DNA from: Candidatus Tenderia sp.
GTDB lineage: Bacteria > Pseudomonadota > Gammaproteobacteria > Tenderiales > Tenderiaceae
Assembly (NCBI GenBank): GCA_030148045.1
Contig: JASBUE010000169.1
Span: forward strand, 1 to 34,668
DNA length: 34,668 nt
Direction of reading: 5' to 3'
Shown here: one piece after another, positions 1-9,034 of the stretch
How the letters are laid out: the number at the start of each line of letters is the position of its first letter
How positions within the stretch are numbered: the first letter of the stretch is position 1
The notes under the pieces: model-generated
The model's input: only the letters and a program-made list of their open reading frames with translations
Database searches by the model: none
Told to the model about the DNA's origin: nothing
Made by a program: the position numbers and the translations under genes

Positions 1-150
1 GTGATCGGTCACGGCCGGGGTGAACTGGATGAGACCGTCAAAGTCGATTTGCCCGGGGGGCAACTGTTGATACGCTGGCTGGGCGATCACCAACCCGTTT
101 GGATGACGGGGCCCGCCACCTACGTTTACGAAGGAACTATCGAAATATGA
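1..150 (+). CDS. dapF: diaminopimelate epimerase, C-terminal end (5' part lies outside the window)
   Basis: Frame-1 translation VIGHGRGELDETVKVDLPGGQLLIRWLGDHQPVWMTGPATYVYEGTIEI* matches the conserved DapF C-terminus (LPGG.L.I.W ... MTGPA..VY.G.I). It is absent from the ORF track because it has no start in the window. The TGA at 148-150 overlaps the next ATG. Classic dapF-DUF484-xerC synteny. Confidence 0.75.
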   Translation: MIGHGRGELDETVKVDLPGGQLLIRWLGDHQPVWMTGPATYVYEGTIEI

Positions 151-896
151 GCAGCAAGCAGAATTCCCAACCCCAAGAACCAGCCATGCTCGACGCCGAA
201 ACCATCGCCGAATACCTGCACCAGAACCCGGAGTTTTTCGAGCAGAACCCGGATATCCTCGCCGAGCTCAATATCAGTCACCAGCTCAGCGGCGCGGTGT
301 CGTTGATCGAACGCCAGATCACCACCCTGCGCGAACAAAACCGGAAACTCAAAACCCAGCTGGAAAACCTGATCCAGATCGCGCGCGACAACGACAAACT
401 CAACGAGCGGATGCACACGCTGACCCTGGCCCTGATGGACGCCGGCAGCCTGAACGAGGTCTACATCGCCCTGGACGACAGCCTGCGCGGCGATTTCGGC
501 GCCGACGCCGTCACCGTCAAACTGTTCGTCGACACGGACAAGACGGGGATCGAACCCGACAACGACCTGATGCAAACCATCTTCGTGCCCATGGACGACC
601 CGCGCCTTGACGGTTTCAGGCAAATCCTCGGCAAGGAAAAACCGGTCTGCGGCACACTCAAACCGGAACAATTGAGCTACATGTTCGGCGACGTCGCCGA
701 GCAGATCAAATCCACCGCTTTGGTCCCCCTGGGCGGCGATCAGTGCTCCCCGTCGGCGTGCAATTACCTCGGCATCCTGGCCATCGGCAGCCACGATGAA
801 CACCGCTTTCACACCAATATAGGCACCCTGTTTCTCAGCAACCTGGGCGAAGTCCTGAGCCGCGCCATCCGGCCCTATGTCTCCGACCAGCAGTGA
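147..896 (+). CDS. DUF484 (YigA-like) family protein
   Basis: ORF 99..896; the likely real start is the ATG at 147 (MSSKQNS...). The motif AETIAEYLHQNPEFFEQNPDILAELNISH followed by a coiled-coil is typical of DUF484 proteins that precede xerC. Confidence 0.8.
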   Translation: MSSKQNSQPQEPAMLDAETIAEYLHQNPEFFEQNPDILAELNISHQLSGAVSLIERQITTLREQNRKLKTQLENLIQIARDNDKLNERMHTLTLALMDAGSLNEVYIALDDSLRGDFGADAVTVKLFVDTDKTGIEPDNDLMQTIFVPMDDPRLDGFRQILGKEKPVCGTLKPEQLSYMFGDVAEQIKSTALVPLGGDQCSPSACNYLGILAIGSHDEHRFHTNIGTLFLSNLGEVLSRAIRPYVSDQQ

Positions 897-1809
897 CAGC
901 GAAGCGCAAGGCCCCGACGGCCAGGCAATCAAAAAATTCCTGGCCTATCTGCGCCATGAACGGCGCGTCTCACCCCACACCCTAAGCAACTACCGCCGCG
1001 ATCTCGACACGCTTGGAGATTTTTGCCGGCAACAGCTGATCACCGAATGGAACGCGCTGCGCGACCATCACATCCGCAGTTTCGCCGCCCGCCTGCGCCG
1101 CAACGGCCTGGCGGGGCGCAGCATACAGCGCACCCTCTCCGCCATCCGTTCTTTTTATAATTACCTGTTGCGGGAAGGCATGGCACGCATCAATCCGGCC
1201 GCTACGGTCAGCGCACCGAAGCAGCAACGCCCGCTGCCGGACGTGCTCGACGTGGATCAAGTCGCCAGACTGCTCGAGATCAAAGCGGATGACCCACTGA
1301 ACCTACGCGACCGAGCCATGATGGAGCTGATGTACTCCTCCGGCCTGCGCCTCAGTGAACTCGCCGGCCTTGATCTGACCCACATCGACCTGGCCGACCG
1401 GACCGTGCGCATCACCGGCAATGGCGCCAAGACACGCATTGCCCCCATCGGCCGTTTCGCCCTGGAGGCACTGCGACAGTGGTTCAAAATGCGCCCGACC
1501 CTCGCTAACGAGGATGAATCCGCCGTGTTCGTCAACCGCAACGGAACGCGCCTGTCACAACGCTCCATCCAGGAGCGCATGCGCCAATGGGCCATCAAGC
1601 AGGGCATGGACAAACACGTGCACCCGCACATGCTGCGCCATTCCTTCGCCAGCCACCTGCTGGAATCCTCCGGCGATTTGCGCGCCGTGCAGGAATTGCT
1701 CGGCCATGCCGATATCAGCACCACGCAGATCTACACCCACGTGGATTTTCAGCACCTGGCCAGCGTCTACGACAAGGCCCATCCTCGCGCCAAGAAAAAA
1801 CGAAGGTAG
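877..1809 (+). CDS. xerC: tyrosine site-specific recombinase XerC
   Basis: N-terminal SAM-like motif FLAYLRHERRVSPHTLSNYRRDL. C-terminal catalytic motifs LMYSSGLRLSEL, HPHMLRHSFASHLL, LGHADISTTQIYTHV. The start overlaps the DUF484 stop by 20 nt. Confidence 0.9.
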   Translation: MSPTSSDSEAQGPDGQAIKKFLAYLRHERRVSPHTLSNYRRDLDTLGDFCRQQLITEWNALRDHHIRSFAARLRRNGLAGRSIQRTLSAIRSFYNYLLREGMARINPAATVSAPKQQRPLPDVLDVDQVARLLEIKADDPLNLRDRAMMELMYSSGLRLSELAGLDLTHIDLADRTVRITGNGAKTRIAPIGRFALEALRQWFKMRPTLANEDESAVFVNRNGTRLSQRSIQERMRQWAIKQGMDKHVHPHMLRHSFASHLLESSGDLRAVQELLGHADISTTQIYTHVDFQHLASVYDKAHPRAKKKRR

Positions 1810-1846
1810 AAGCGCCCGCCTTTACTAAGCCCACTACGAATCACCA

Positions 1847-2215
1847 TCAAAAATGCCTGCGGAGGCGGGTATAAGCCCACTTCATCACCAGCGGCGGCAA
1901 CAAGGTAGTGACCGCAATCACAATGACCAGGGCGGCATAAACCTCGTTGGAAAAGATACCGCTAATGCGCCCCAGTTCGGCGAAGATCAGGCCCACCTCA
2001 CCACGCGGCACCATGGCGATACCGATCATCCAACGCAACGGCCAGCCTTCCTGAATGAACAGCGGCCCCACCATCTTGCCGACCACCGCCGCAATCAACA
2101 TCACTACTGAAAAGGCCCAGATAAAGGGCGACCCCCAGTCGATCTCATGCAGATTGAGCGACAACCCCACCATGACGAAGAAGATCGGCGTGAAGAGCTG
2201 AATGATCGGCTTCAT
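1847..2215 (-). CDS. cation:proton antiporter, C-terminal 122-aa portion (same frame as 2216..3049)
   Basis: MKPIIQLFTPIFFVMVGLSLNL... carries the conserved P.FFV.VG helix of CPA2 transporters. 277+122 aa add up to a normal antiporter of about 400 aa. Confidence 0.75.
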   Translation of the reverse strand: MKPIIQLFTPIFFVMVGLSLNLHEIDWGSPFIWAFSVVMLIAAVVGKMVGPLFIQEGWPLRWMIGIAMVPRGEVGLIFAELGRISGIFSNEVYAALVIVIAVTTLLPPLVMKWAYTRLRRHF

Positions 2216-3049
2216 CTACGCCTCGATCTTGGCCGCGAATTGGGGATCAGTGCGCAGCGCTACGCCGAAGGGCAGGAAGAAGCGACGCGACAGCGCCAGG
2301 CCGGCGGCGAAGCCACCCAGCAACTCCGGCGCCCCCATCACATGGGCCAGCCAGGCAAAAAACAGTACCAGCGAAACGATGGTGGTGGGAATCAGACCGG
2401 GCAGGCCGCTGACGCCGTCGAAATGCCTGATCACCAGTGAGATCAGCTTGGCGGCGATGGGCGCCAAAACAAAAAAAGCGGCCACAAACACCAGCACCTT
2501 ACCGGCATTCACCAGGCTGACGCCCCCGCCGATGGAGAATTCGTACAACAGGGCCAGCAGAATCACGCCCATGATGTCGTCGAGCACGGCGGCGCCCAGC
2601 ACCACCTGTCCCTCACGCGATTGCTGCCGGTCCAGGTCCGCCAGCACACGCACGGTGATACCAATGCTAGTGGCCGTCAGCGCCCCACCGATAAACAGCG
2701 CCACCAGCGGCGACAAGCCGAACACACCGACACCGAGCGCAAATCCCAGCAACAGAGGCAACATGAAACCGGCCAAGGCCACTATGACGGACTGTTTGCC
2801 GCTGTGGATCAGGCGCCGCACATCGGTGCCCAGCCCCACCTCAAACAACAGCAGGATGATACCGATCTCGGCCAGCAACCTGATAGCCTGCGCAGGCTCC
2901 ACCCAGCCCAGCAGGCTCGGCCCAAGCACCACGCCGGCCAGCAGTTCGCCGATCACAGAGGGCGACTTCAGACGCGTCGCCAACTCGGCGAAGATGCGCG
3001 CCGTCAGCAGGACCAGCAGCAGGTGTAGGAAAAAACTATGGGCTTCCAT
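2216..3049 (-). CDS. cation:proton antiporter (CPA2/Kef-like), N-terminal 277-aa portion ending at an in-frame TAG
   Basis: MEAHSFFLHLLLVLLTARIFAELATRLKSPSVIGELLAGVVLGPSLLGW... is a typical Na+/H+-exchanger family N-terminus with multiple TM helices. The ORF stops at TAG (2216-2218), immediately followed in frame by ATG. Confidence 0.8.
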   Translation of the reverse strand: MEAHSFFLHLLLVLLTARIFAELATRLKSPSVIGELLAGVVLGPSLLGWVEPAQAIRLLAEIGIILLLFEVGLGTDVRRLIHSGKQSVIVALAGFMLPLLLGFALGVGVFGLSPLVALFIGGALTATSIGITVRVLADLDRQQSREGQVVLGAAVLDDIMGVILLALLYEFSIGGGVSLVNAGKVLVFVAAFFVLAPIAAKLISLVIRHFDGVSGLPGLIPTTIVSLVLFFAWLAHVMGAPELLGGFAAGLALSRRFFLPFGVALRTDPQFAAKIEA

Positions 3050-3134
3050 GGCATCATCCGGAATGGTCTGACTACAAGCTTAGACACAATCCGAGACCGG
3101 GCACAGACCGACGATGCAGCCGGCCCTGCGGAGA

Positions 3135-4217
3135 TTACTCTCCGGCCAGTTCGAGGATGAGCTTTAGCTCCGCCGCCAGCTCTTCCCGGCTTTGGGCGCA
3201 CAGGTTGATATGCCCGACCTTGCGCCCGGGGCGCGGCTCCTTGCCGTAAAGATGGAGATGGGAGTGGGTGTTGACCAGCACATCCTCAGGCGCGGGTATA
3301 AGACCGACCAGATTGACCATGGCGGTATAACCGACGATGTCGGTGGCCCCCAGCGGCAGACCCAACACCGCACGCAGGTGGTTTTCGAACTGGCTGGTCT
3401 CGGCACCGTCCTGGGTCCAGTGGCCCGAGTTGTGCACCCGCGGGGCGAACTCGTTGGCAAGCAGGCGGTCACCGGCCTGAAACAGCTCCAGTGCGAGCAC
3501 ACCGACGTAATCGAGCTCATCCAGCAAACGTTCGGCGTAGTTCGCCGCCTTTTCCTGCATGGGATCGTCGGAACGGGCGATGGAGAGACGCAGTATACCG
3601 TCCCGATGCGTATTTTCGGTAAGTGGATAACAGACCATCTCGCCGCTGGTACTGCGCACGGCGATAACGGAGACCTCACGTTCGAAAGGCACGAAGGTCT
3701 CGACGATGGCCGGCACGCCGCCCAAGGACTGCCATGCCGGCGCCAGGTCTCCGGGCTGTTTCAATACCGCCTGCCCATTGCCGTCATAGCCCTGGGTGCG
3801 GGTCTTGACCACCGCCGGCCAGCCGACCTGCTCCATGGCCTGTTCCAGCTCGTCGAGGCTGTTGACGGCAACGAACTCCGGGGTATCGATACCCAGCCGG
3901 CGAAACAGAGCCTTCTCGTCAAGGCGGTCCTGAGCGGAGACCAGGGCCTGTCGAGGCGGATAGACGGCGACTCTCTCGGCGAGAAACGCCACCGCCGCCG
4001 CGGGCACATTCTCGAATTCATAGGTGACGATATCGGCCTTGTCGGCCAGCTCGGCCAGCAATGCATCATCGCCATAATCACCCTGCAAATGCTCGGCCAC
4101 GTCGGCGGCGCAGGCATCCGCCGCCGGCTCCAGCACGATGAACTTCAGCCCCAAGGGATAACCGGCCAAAGCCAGCATACGGGCCAGCTGGCCGCCGCCA
4201 AGTATGCCGATCACCAT
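3135..4217 (-). CDS. purK: N5-carboxyaminoimidazole ribonucleotide synthase
   Basis: [23 protein letters not shown]..., ATP-grasp motifs, and HLYGK.PRPGRKVGHI near the C-terminus. The ATG at 4217 overlaps the purE TGA (TGATG); the track start at 4220 is a TTG. Confidence 0.9.
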   Translation of the reverse strand: MVIGILGGGQLARMLALAGYPLGLKFIVLEPAADACAADVAEHLQGDYGDDALLAELADKADIVTYEFENVPAAAVAFLAERVAVYPPRQALVSAQDRLDEKALFRRLGIDTPEFVAVNSLDELEQAMEQVGWPAVVKTRTQGYDGNGQAVLKQPGDLAPAWQSLGGVPAIVETFVPFEREVSVIAVRSTSGEMVCYPLTENTHRDGILRLSIARSDDPMQEKAANYAERLLDELDYVGVLALELFQAGDRLLANEFAPRVHNSGHWTQDGAETSQFENHLRAVLGLPLGATDIVGYTAMVNLVGLIPAPEDVLVNTHSHLHLYGKEPRPGRKVGHINLCAQSREELAAELKLILELAGE

Positions 4218-4723
4218 CAATCCTGCTCTCGCGGATCGGGCCTGGCCAGCACCGTGTCGGTCTGGGCCTGACGAAACCGCTTTAAGGCGTCGCGATAGTC
4301 TGGATATTTGTTGCCCAGCACAGCCGCCGCCAAAAGGCCGGCATTAGTTGCTCCGGCCTTGCCGATGGCAAGCGTCCCTACCGGAATGCCGGCCGGCATC
4401 TGGGCAATCGACAACAGCGAATCCATGCCGTTGAGCGCCCTGGACTGCACCGGCACACCCAGCACGGGCACCACGGTCTTGGCCGCCACCATACCGGGCA
4501 GATGGGCGGCGCCGCCGGCGCCGGCGATGATCACCTCGATACCCCGCCCCTCCGCCGCTTCAGCATATTGAAACAACTTGTCCGGGGTGCGATGGGCGGA
4601 GACCACCTCGACCTCGTGCGCAATACCCAACTGTTCCAGCGCCTCGGCGGCATGGCGCATGGTCTCCCAGTCCGAACTCGAGCCCATGATAATCCCCACC
4701 AGCGGTTTGTTTTCTGTGTTCAT
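4217..4723 (-). CDS. purE: 5-(carboxyamino)imidazole ribonucleotide mutase
   Basis: [25 protein letters not shown] and [19 protein letters not shown] motifs. The likely start is the ATG at 4723 (MNTENKP), not the track start at 4765. Confidence 0.92.
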   Translation of the reverse strand: MNTENKPLVGIIMGSSSDWETMRHAAEALEQLGIAHEVEVVSAHRTPDKLFQYAEAAEGRGIEVIIAGAGGAAHLPGMVAAKTVVPVLGVPVQSRALNGMDSLLSIAQMPAGIPVGTLAIGKAGATNAGLLAAAVLGNKYPDYRDALKRFRQAQTDTVLARPDPREQD

Positions 4724-4828
4724 GCAACACACTCTATGACAAGTGAATGGAAAAATTCCGGGCAATTATATCAGTTCGAACAGATCGCCGCGTTGCCCAC
4801 AATAACAATCCCGTCTCTTTGTCAGCAC

Positions 4829-4851
4829 AAAAAAGGCCCGCGAGGCGGGCC
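4829..4851 (-). terminator. rho-independent terminator downstream of the Lys/Ala-rich gene
   Basis: On the minus strand GGCCCGC-CTC-GCGGGCC (7-bp GC stem, 3-nt loop) is followed by TTTTTT. A second hairpin CCGGCAAC-CCGA-GTTGCCGG lies at 4863-4882. Confidence 0.6.
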
Positions 4852-4898
4852 TTCTCGAATAACCGGCAACCCGAGTTGCCGGCCGTTGGTAATGATAA

Positions 4899-5432
4899 TC
4901 AGGCCTTCTTTTTCTTGCGACGGCTCTTTTTCTTGCGACGAGCCTTCTTCGCTGCTGCGGCAAGCTTGCGGTCATAGGCCTTTTCCCATTTCGCCAGGAA
5001 GGCGGACGCGGCCTTTTCCTTGGCAGCCTCTTTCCTTTTGATCGTATCGATGGCAGACATGGTTTCTTTGACCGCCGCATTCGCCTCGATCACCGAGGCC
5101 CTGGCGGTCTTGACTGCATCCATTGCCTTGGCCTTGGCCGCGCGGGCCCTGACCACGGCATTTTTGGCTGCAGCGGTCTTCTTGCCCTTGGCTGCGGCCA
5201 CCGCCTTTTTCACACGCGCATCTTCAGCGTCTTTCTTGGCAACCGCCTTCGCCAGCGCGGCATTGGCTCTGTCCTGTGCCTTTACCGCACGGTTTGCCGC
5301 GGTTAATGCCTTCTTGTGTTCGGCATTGATTGGCGTTTCGTTCAGAACCCTTGCGACGGACACCGCTGGTTTACGACGCGCCTTGGCACGAGTGCTTGCA
5401 CGCGCCTTCTTTTTGGTTGCTCTTTTTACCAT
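4899..5432 (-). CDS. highly basic Lys/Ala-rich, histone-H1-like / coiled-coil protein (function unknown)
   Basis: 177-aa ORF dominated by A, K and R, with an N-terminal KKKARASTRAKARRK and a C-terminal KKARRKKKSRRKKKKA. GGAGA Shine-Dalgarno 7 nt before the ATG, terminator downstream, GC-rich third codon positions. Confidence 0.7.
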   Translation of the reverse strand: MVKRATKKKARASTRAKARRKPAVSVARVLNETPINAEHKKALTAANRAVKAQDRANAALAKAVAKKDAEDARVKKAVAAAKGKKTAAAKNAVVRARAAKAKAMDAVKTARASVIEANAAVKETMSAIDTIKRKEAAKEKAASAFLAKWEKAYDRKLAAAAKKARRKKKSRRKKKKA

Positions 5433-5675
5433 TAAAAAGTCTCCATTTTATTTGATTCGAAAAAGAGTGCGGACTCATTTTAATTTCAAATGACAAATGA
5501 ATGCAAAAAAGACTCCATATATCATCATCCAACTCATAATCGACCACACCTGAAAAAATATTAGACCAGCTTATAAAAAAAATAAAACTTTCGATCAAAA
5601 ATGCGTTGCCACTCCTTCTGAACATAAGAAGTGGCAGAAACATTCCGACAACCTTTAAACAAGGACGATTAAAGC

Positions 5676-5975
5676 TTGGGCAGGCACCCGTTTTTACCGT
5701 GTATTACCTTGTTTCTCATTTTTGGAATCATCATCGGCGCAGAGGATTCAGATCTTATTCCGGACTTTTTCAGCGCCCGCCTTGAACTCATCGCCAACGT
5801 GACTCTGCTGGTGGTCGGCTTTTTACTTGGGGGAACGCTGAGGCGGAACACGTTGCGACAATCCGGCAAAAAGACTCTTTCCATCTCCATCAATGCCGCA
5901 ATTATCACCACTTTTACCGTCTGGCTAGCGCCAGATATTGTTATCGGTGGTGATCAGTACCACCATATTTTTTGA
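5676..5975 (+). pseudogene. possible remnant of a cation:proton antiporter gene (N-proximal fragment only)
   Basis: The 99-aa ORF in AT-rich DNA aligns by eye with residues about 30-105 of the antiporter at 2216..3049. ITLFLIFGIIIGAEDSDLIP...LELIANVTLLVVGFLLGGTLRRNTLRQSGKKTLSISI compares with SVIGELLAGVVLGPSLLGWV...RLLAEIGIILLLFEVGLGTDVRRLIHSGKQSVIVAL. It is far too short to be a transporter. Confidence 0.3.
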
Positions 5976-6054
5976 ACCCATCGACCGGATTATGACGGGG
6001 ATCGCCATCCGGTGTGCGGATTCAGGCGCAGAACAAGAACGATGACCGCAGCGT

Positions 6055-6525
6055 TTATTCGCGGTGGTAGGGGTGCCCCTGGATCACGCTCCAGGCGCGA
6101 TAGAGCTGCTCAGCGAGCAAAACACGCACCAGCGGGTGCGGCAAGGTCAGTTTCGATAAAGACCAGCGCTGCTCGGCACGCCGTTTACATTCCTGTGACA
6201 AGCCATCGGGCCCGCCCACCAGCAGGGCGATGTCGCGGCCGCCCTGCATCCAGTCGCGCATCTGCTCCGCCAGTTGCAAGGTGGTCCACTGTTTGCCGCC
6301 TTCGTCCAGGACAATGACATGGGCATTGTTGGGGATGGCGTTGAGTATCTTGGGGCTCTCTTCCTCAATGGCACGTTTGGGGTCGCTGCTCTTGCTGCGC
6401 GGGCCGGGGGCGATTTCGACCAGTTTTAAACTGAAATTCTGCGGCAGGCGTTTGGCGTATTCCTCATAGCCCTGCTTGACCCAGCCGGGCATTTTCTGCC
6501 CGACGGCAATGAGGCGGATGTGCAT
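6055..6525 (-). CDS. rlmH: 23S rRNA (pseudouridine1915-N3)-methyltransferase
   Basis: MHIRLIAVGQKMPGWVKQGYEEYAKRL... LLVGGPDGLS ... LTLPHPLVRVLLAEQLYRAWSVIQGHPYHRE. The start was moved to the ATG at 6525; the track ORF extends to 6678. Confidence 0.9.
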   Translation of the reverse strand: MHIRLIAVGQKMPGWVKQGYEEYAKRLPQNFSLKLVEIAPGPRSKSSDPKRAIEEESPKILNAIPNNAHVIVLDEGGKQWTTLQLAEQMRDWMQGGRDIALLVGGPDGLSQECKRRAEQRWSLSKLTLPHPLVRVLLAEQLYRAWSVIQGHPYHRE

Positions 6526-6539
6526 GAAATCGTGCCCGT

Positions 6540-6905
6540 TTAGGATTGAGATTTTGGACGCAGCTCGGCGATTTCGTCGATGGAACCGGCCTCCCACAAC
6601 TTCTCCAACTGATAGAAGTCGCGCACGTCGGGCAGCATGATGTGAACGATGACATCGGCCAGGTCCACCAGCACCCATTCGGCCACCTTGTCGCCTTCCA
6701 CGCCGAGCGGTTTGACACCCGCTTTTTTCATCTCCACCACCAGATTATTGGCCATGGCCTTGACGTGACGGTCGGAGGTACCGCTGACGATCACCATGAA
6801 ATCGGTGACACTGGACTTGCCACGCACATCGAGGACTACCGGGTTGACTGCCTTCATGTCTTCCAGGGCCGTGACGGCCAGATTTTTAATCTCTTCTTCC
6901 TTCAT
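6540..6905 (-). CDS. rsfS: ribosome silencing factor (iojap family)
   Basis: LEDMKAVNPVVLDVRGKSSVTDFMVIVSGTSDRHVKA... WVLVDLADVIVHIMLPDVRDFYQLEKLW, a typical RsfS; nadD-rsfS-rlmH synteny. Confidence 0.9.
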   Translation of the reverse strand: MKEEEIKNLAVTALEDMKAVNPVVLDVRGKSSVTDFMVIVSGTSDRHVKAMANNLVVEMKKAGVKPLGVEGDKVAEWVLVDLADVIVHIMLPDVRDFYQLEKLWEAGSIDEIAELRPKSQS

Positions 6906-6959
6906 CGAACTCTCTCAGTGTTGGTAGAGCGCTTCACGCTCAATGTGGTGCCGCACGGG

Positions 6960-7547
6960 CTACGGCAGCAAAAAACGGATATCTTGGACGCGCGCCAGCT
7001 GTTCGCGAATCGCGGTGGCGGAGATCTCCAGTTGGGTGACCGCCTGAAACCATATTTTGCCCGCCGCTTGTTGTTGTAATTGCGCCACATCAGTGGCGCG
7101 TGCCGTGGCCATCAACTCGGCCACCGGACCGCTACGCGGCAGCTCGGCGCCGGGGCGCTGCGTGACCACGATATGGGCCAATTGACTCAAGCGCCGCCAT
7201 TCGTGCCATTTATGCAAATCGACAAAGGCATCCAACCCCATGATCAAACAGAGCGGCGTGGCAGCGCCGATTTCATCGCGCAGCGATTGCAGCGTATCCA
7301 CCGTATAGGAGCGACCGCCGCGCTGCAGCTCGCGCTCGTCGATGACAAACCCGGGCACATCGTCTATCGCCAACCGCAACATGGCGAGGCGCTGCTCGAC
7401 GGCGGCGCCCGGCGCGTCACGATGGGGCGGAAAATAGGCGGGGATCAGACGCACCTCGTCCAAACCAAGCGCCTGCTTCACCTCCAGCAAGGGGCGCAGA
7501 TGGCCGTAGTGGATCGGATCGAAGGTACCGCCGAAGATCGCAATCAC
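6960..7547 (-). CDS. nadD: nicotinate-nucleotide adenylyltransferase
   Basis: [16 protein letters not shown] nucleotidyltransferase motif. The GTG start at 7547 overlaps the proA stop (GTGA). Confidence 0.88.
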   Translation of the reverse strand: MIAIFGGTFDPIHYGHLRPLLEVKQALGLDEVRLIPAYFPPHRDAPGAAVEQRLAMLRLAIDDVPGFVIDERELQRGGRSYTVDTLQSLRDEIGAATPLCLIMGLDAFVDLHKWHEWRRLSQLAHIVVTQRPGAELPRSGPVAELMATARATDVAQLQQQAAGKIWFQAVTQLEISATAIREQLARVQDIRFLLP

Positions 7548-8803
7548 TGGCGGATCTGGCCCTCACCCAGGACGACATACTTCTGCGAAGTCAACCCTTC
7601 CAGACCGACCGGGCCACGGACATGAAACTTGTCGGTGCTGATGCCGATCTCCGCCCCCAGGCCGTATTCGAAACCGTCGGCGAAGCGGGTGGAGGCGTTG
7701 ACCATCACCGAACTGGAATCCACCTCGCGCAGGAAACGGCGTGCCTTGGTGTAGTTCTCGGTGACGATGGACTCGGTGTGGTTGGAACTGTGGGCGGCGA
7801 TGTGATCGATGGCCTCGTCCACGTCCTTGACCACGCGGATGGAGAGGATGGGCGCCAGGTATTCCGTATCCCAGTCCTCCTCGCTGGCCGGCTCGGCGGC
7901 GGGCACCAGTCGACAGGTGGTCTCGCAACCGCGCAGCTCCACCCCCTTCTCCAGATACATGCCGCTCAACTCGGGCAGCACCTGCTCGGCGATGCCCTCC
8001 GCTACCAGCAGGGTCTCCATGGCGTTGCAGACGCCGTAGCGGTGGGTCTTGGCGTTGAAGGCGATCTGGATGGCCTTCTCCAGGTCGGCCTCGTCGTCGA
8101 TGTAGACGTGGCAGACGCCGTGCAGATGCTTGATCACCGGCACGCGCGCCTCGGCACTGATGCGCTCGATCAAGCCCTTGCCGCCGCGCGGAATGATCAC
8201 GTCCACGTATTCAGGCATGGTGATGAGCCGGCCCACCGCTGCGCGATCGGCGGTCTCGATCACCTGCACCGCCTCCGCCGGCAGACCGGCCTGCTCCAGC
8301 CCGGCATGCACGCAGCGGGCGATGGCCTGGTTGGAGTGCAAGGCCTCGGAACCACCGCGCAGAATGGCGGCGTTGCCCGACTTCAGCGCCAGCCCGGCGG
8401 CATCGGCGGTGACGTTGGGACGCGACTCGTAGATGATCCCCACCACGCCCAGCGGCACGCGCATCTTGCCCACCTGAATGCCGGAGGGACGGTAGCTCAT
8501 GTCGTTGATTTCACCCACCGGATCGGGCAACGCCACGATCTGGCGCAAACCTTCCGCCATGGCGGCGATGCGCGCCTCGTTGAGCTCCAGCCGGTCCAGC
8601 AAGGCCGCATCCAGACCGCCCGCCTTGCCGGCCTCCATATCCTTACTGTTGGCCTCCAGCAAAGCGGCCTGCTGCGCCTCGATGGCGTAGGCGATAGCGT
8701 TCAACGCCCCATCCTTGGCCGCCGTGTTGGCGCGGCTCATGGCGCGCGCTGCAGTACGGGCCTGGCGGCCGACGTCTGTCATGTATTGTTCGATATCACT
8801 CAT
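7544..8803 (-). CDS. proA: glutamate-5-semialdehyde dehydrogenase (gamma-glutamyl phosphate reductase)
   Basis: [28 protein letters not shown] and HTESIVTEN motifs. The likely start is the ATG at 8803 (MSDIEQY); the track ORF extends to 8872. Confidence 0.92.
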   Translation of the reverse strand: MSDIEQYMTDVGRQARTAARAMSRANTAAKDGALNAIAYAIEAQQAALLEANSKDMEAGKAGGLDAALLDRLELNEARIAAMAEGLRQIVALPDPVGEINDMSYRPSGIQVGKMRVPLGVVGIIYESRPNVTADAAGLALKSGNAAILRGGSEALHSNQAIARCVHAGLEQAGLPAEAVQVIETADRAAVGRLITMPEYVDVIIPRGGKGLIERISAEARVPVIKHLHGVCHVYIDDEADLEKAIQIAFNAKTHRYGVCNAMETLLVAEGIAEQVLPELSGMYLEKGVELRGCETTCRLVPAAEPASEEDWDTEYLAPILSIRVVKDVDEAIDHIAAHSSNHTESIVTENYTKARRFLREVDSSSVMVNASTRFADGFEYGLGAEIGISTDKFHVRGPVGLEGLTSQKYVVLGEGQIRQ

Positions 8804-9034
8804 GGCTCGATTCCAATCGTAGGTTGGGCTGAGCAATTGCAAAGCCCAACGAGAAGTGTGCGATAACCCCAAAGGGCGAAAGTGGGTATTTTAGCAATTC
8901 CCGGAGGACATTGTCCCGGCAGTGACCGAATTTGAGGCGGAAGGGAGCAGGATTGGCCGGCCGGGACACGCGCCATCAAAGAGTACTAGCGGCTACCTTA
9001 TATTGTAATAGGGACGCACATCCCATCCGTAAAT

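Noticed and set aside
877-1846. Looked for a dif-like XerC/D target near xerC and in the AT-rich tract at 5433-5675.
   Set aside because: I saw no 28-bp GGTGCGCATAATGTATATTATGTTAAAT-like sequence.
5020-5493. 157-aa Ala/Leu/Phe-rich ORF on the plus strand opposite the Lys/Ala-rich gene.
   Set aside because: It is the mirror image of GCC/AAG-rich codons. The minus-strand ORF has the SD, the terminator and sensible codon usage.
8823-8850. 8-bp stem hairpin GTTGGGCT-N12-AGCCCAAC between sdaA and proA.
   Set aside because: It has no U-run on either strand and lies in the proA 5' leader. This is too little evidence to call a terminator or riboswitch.
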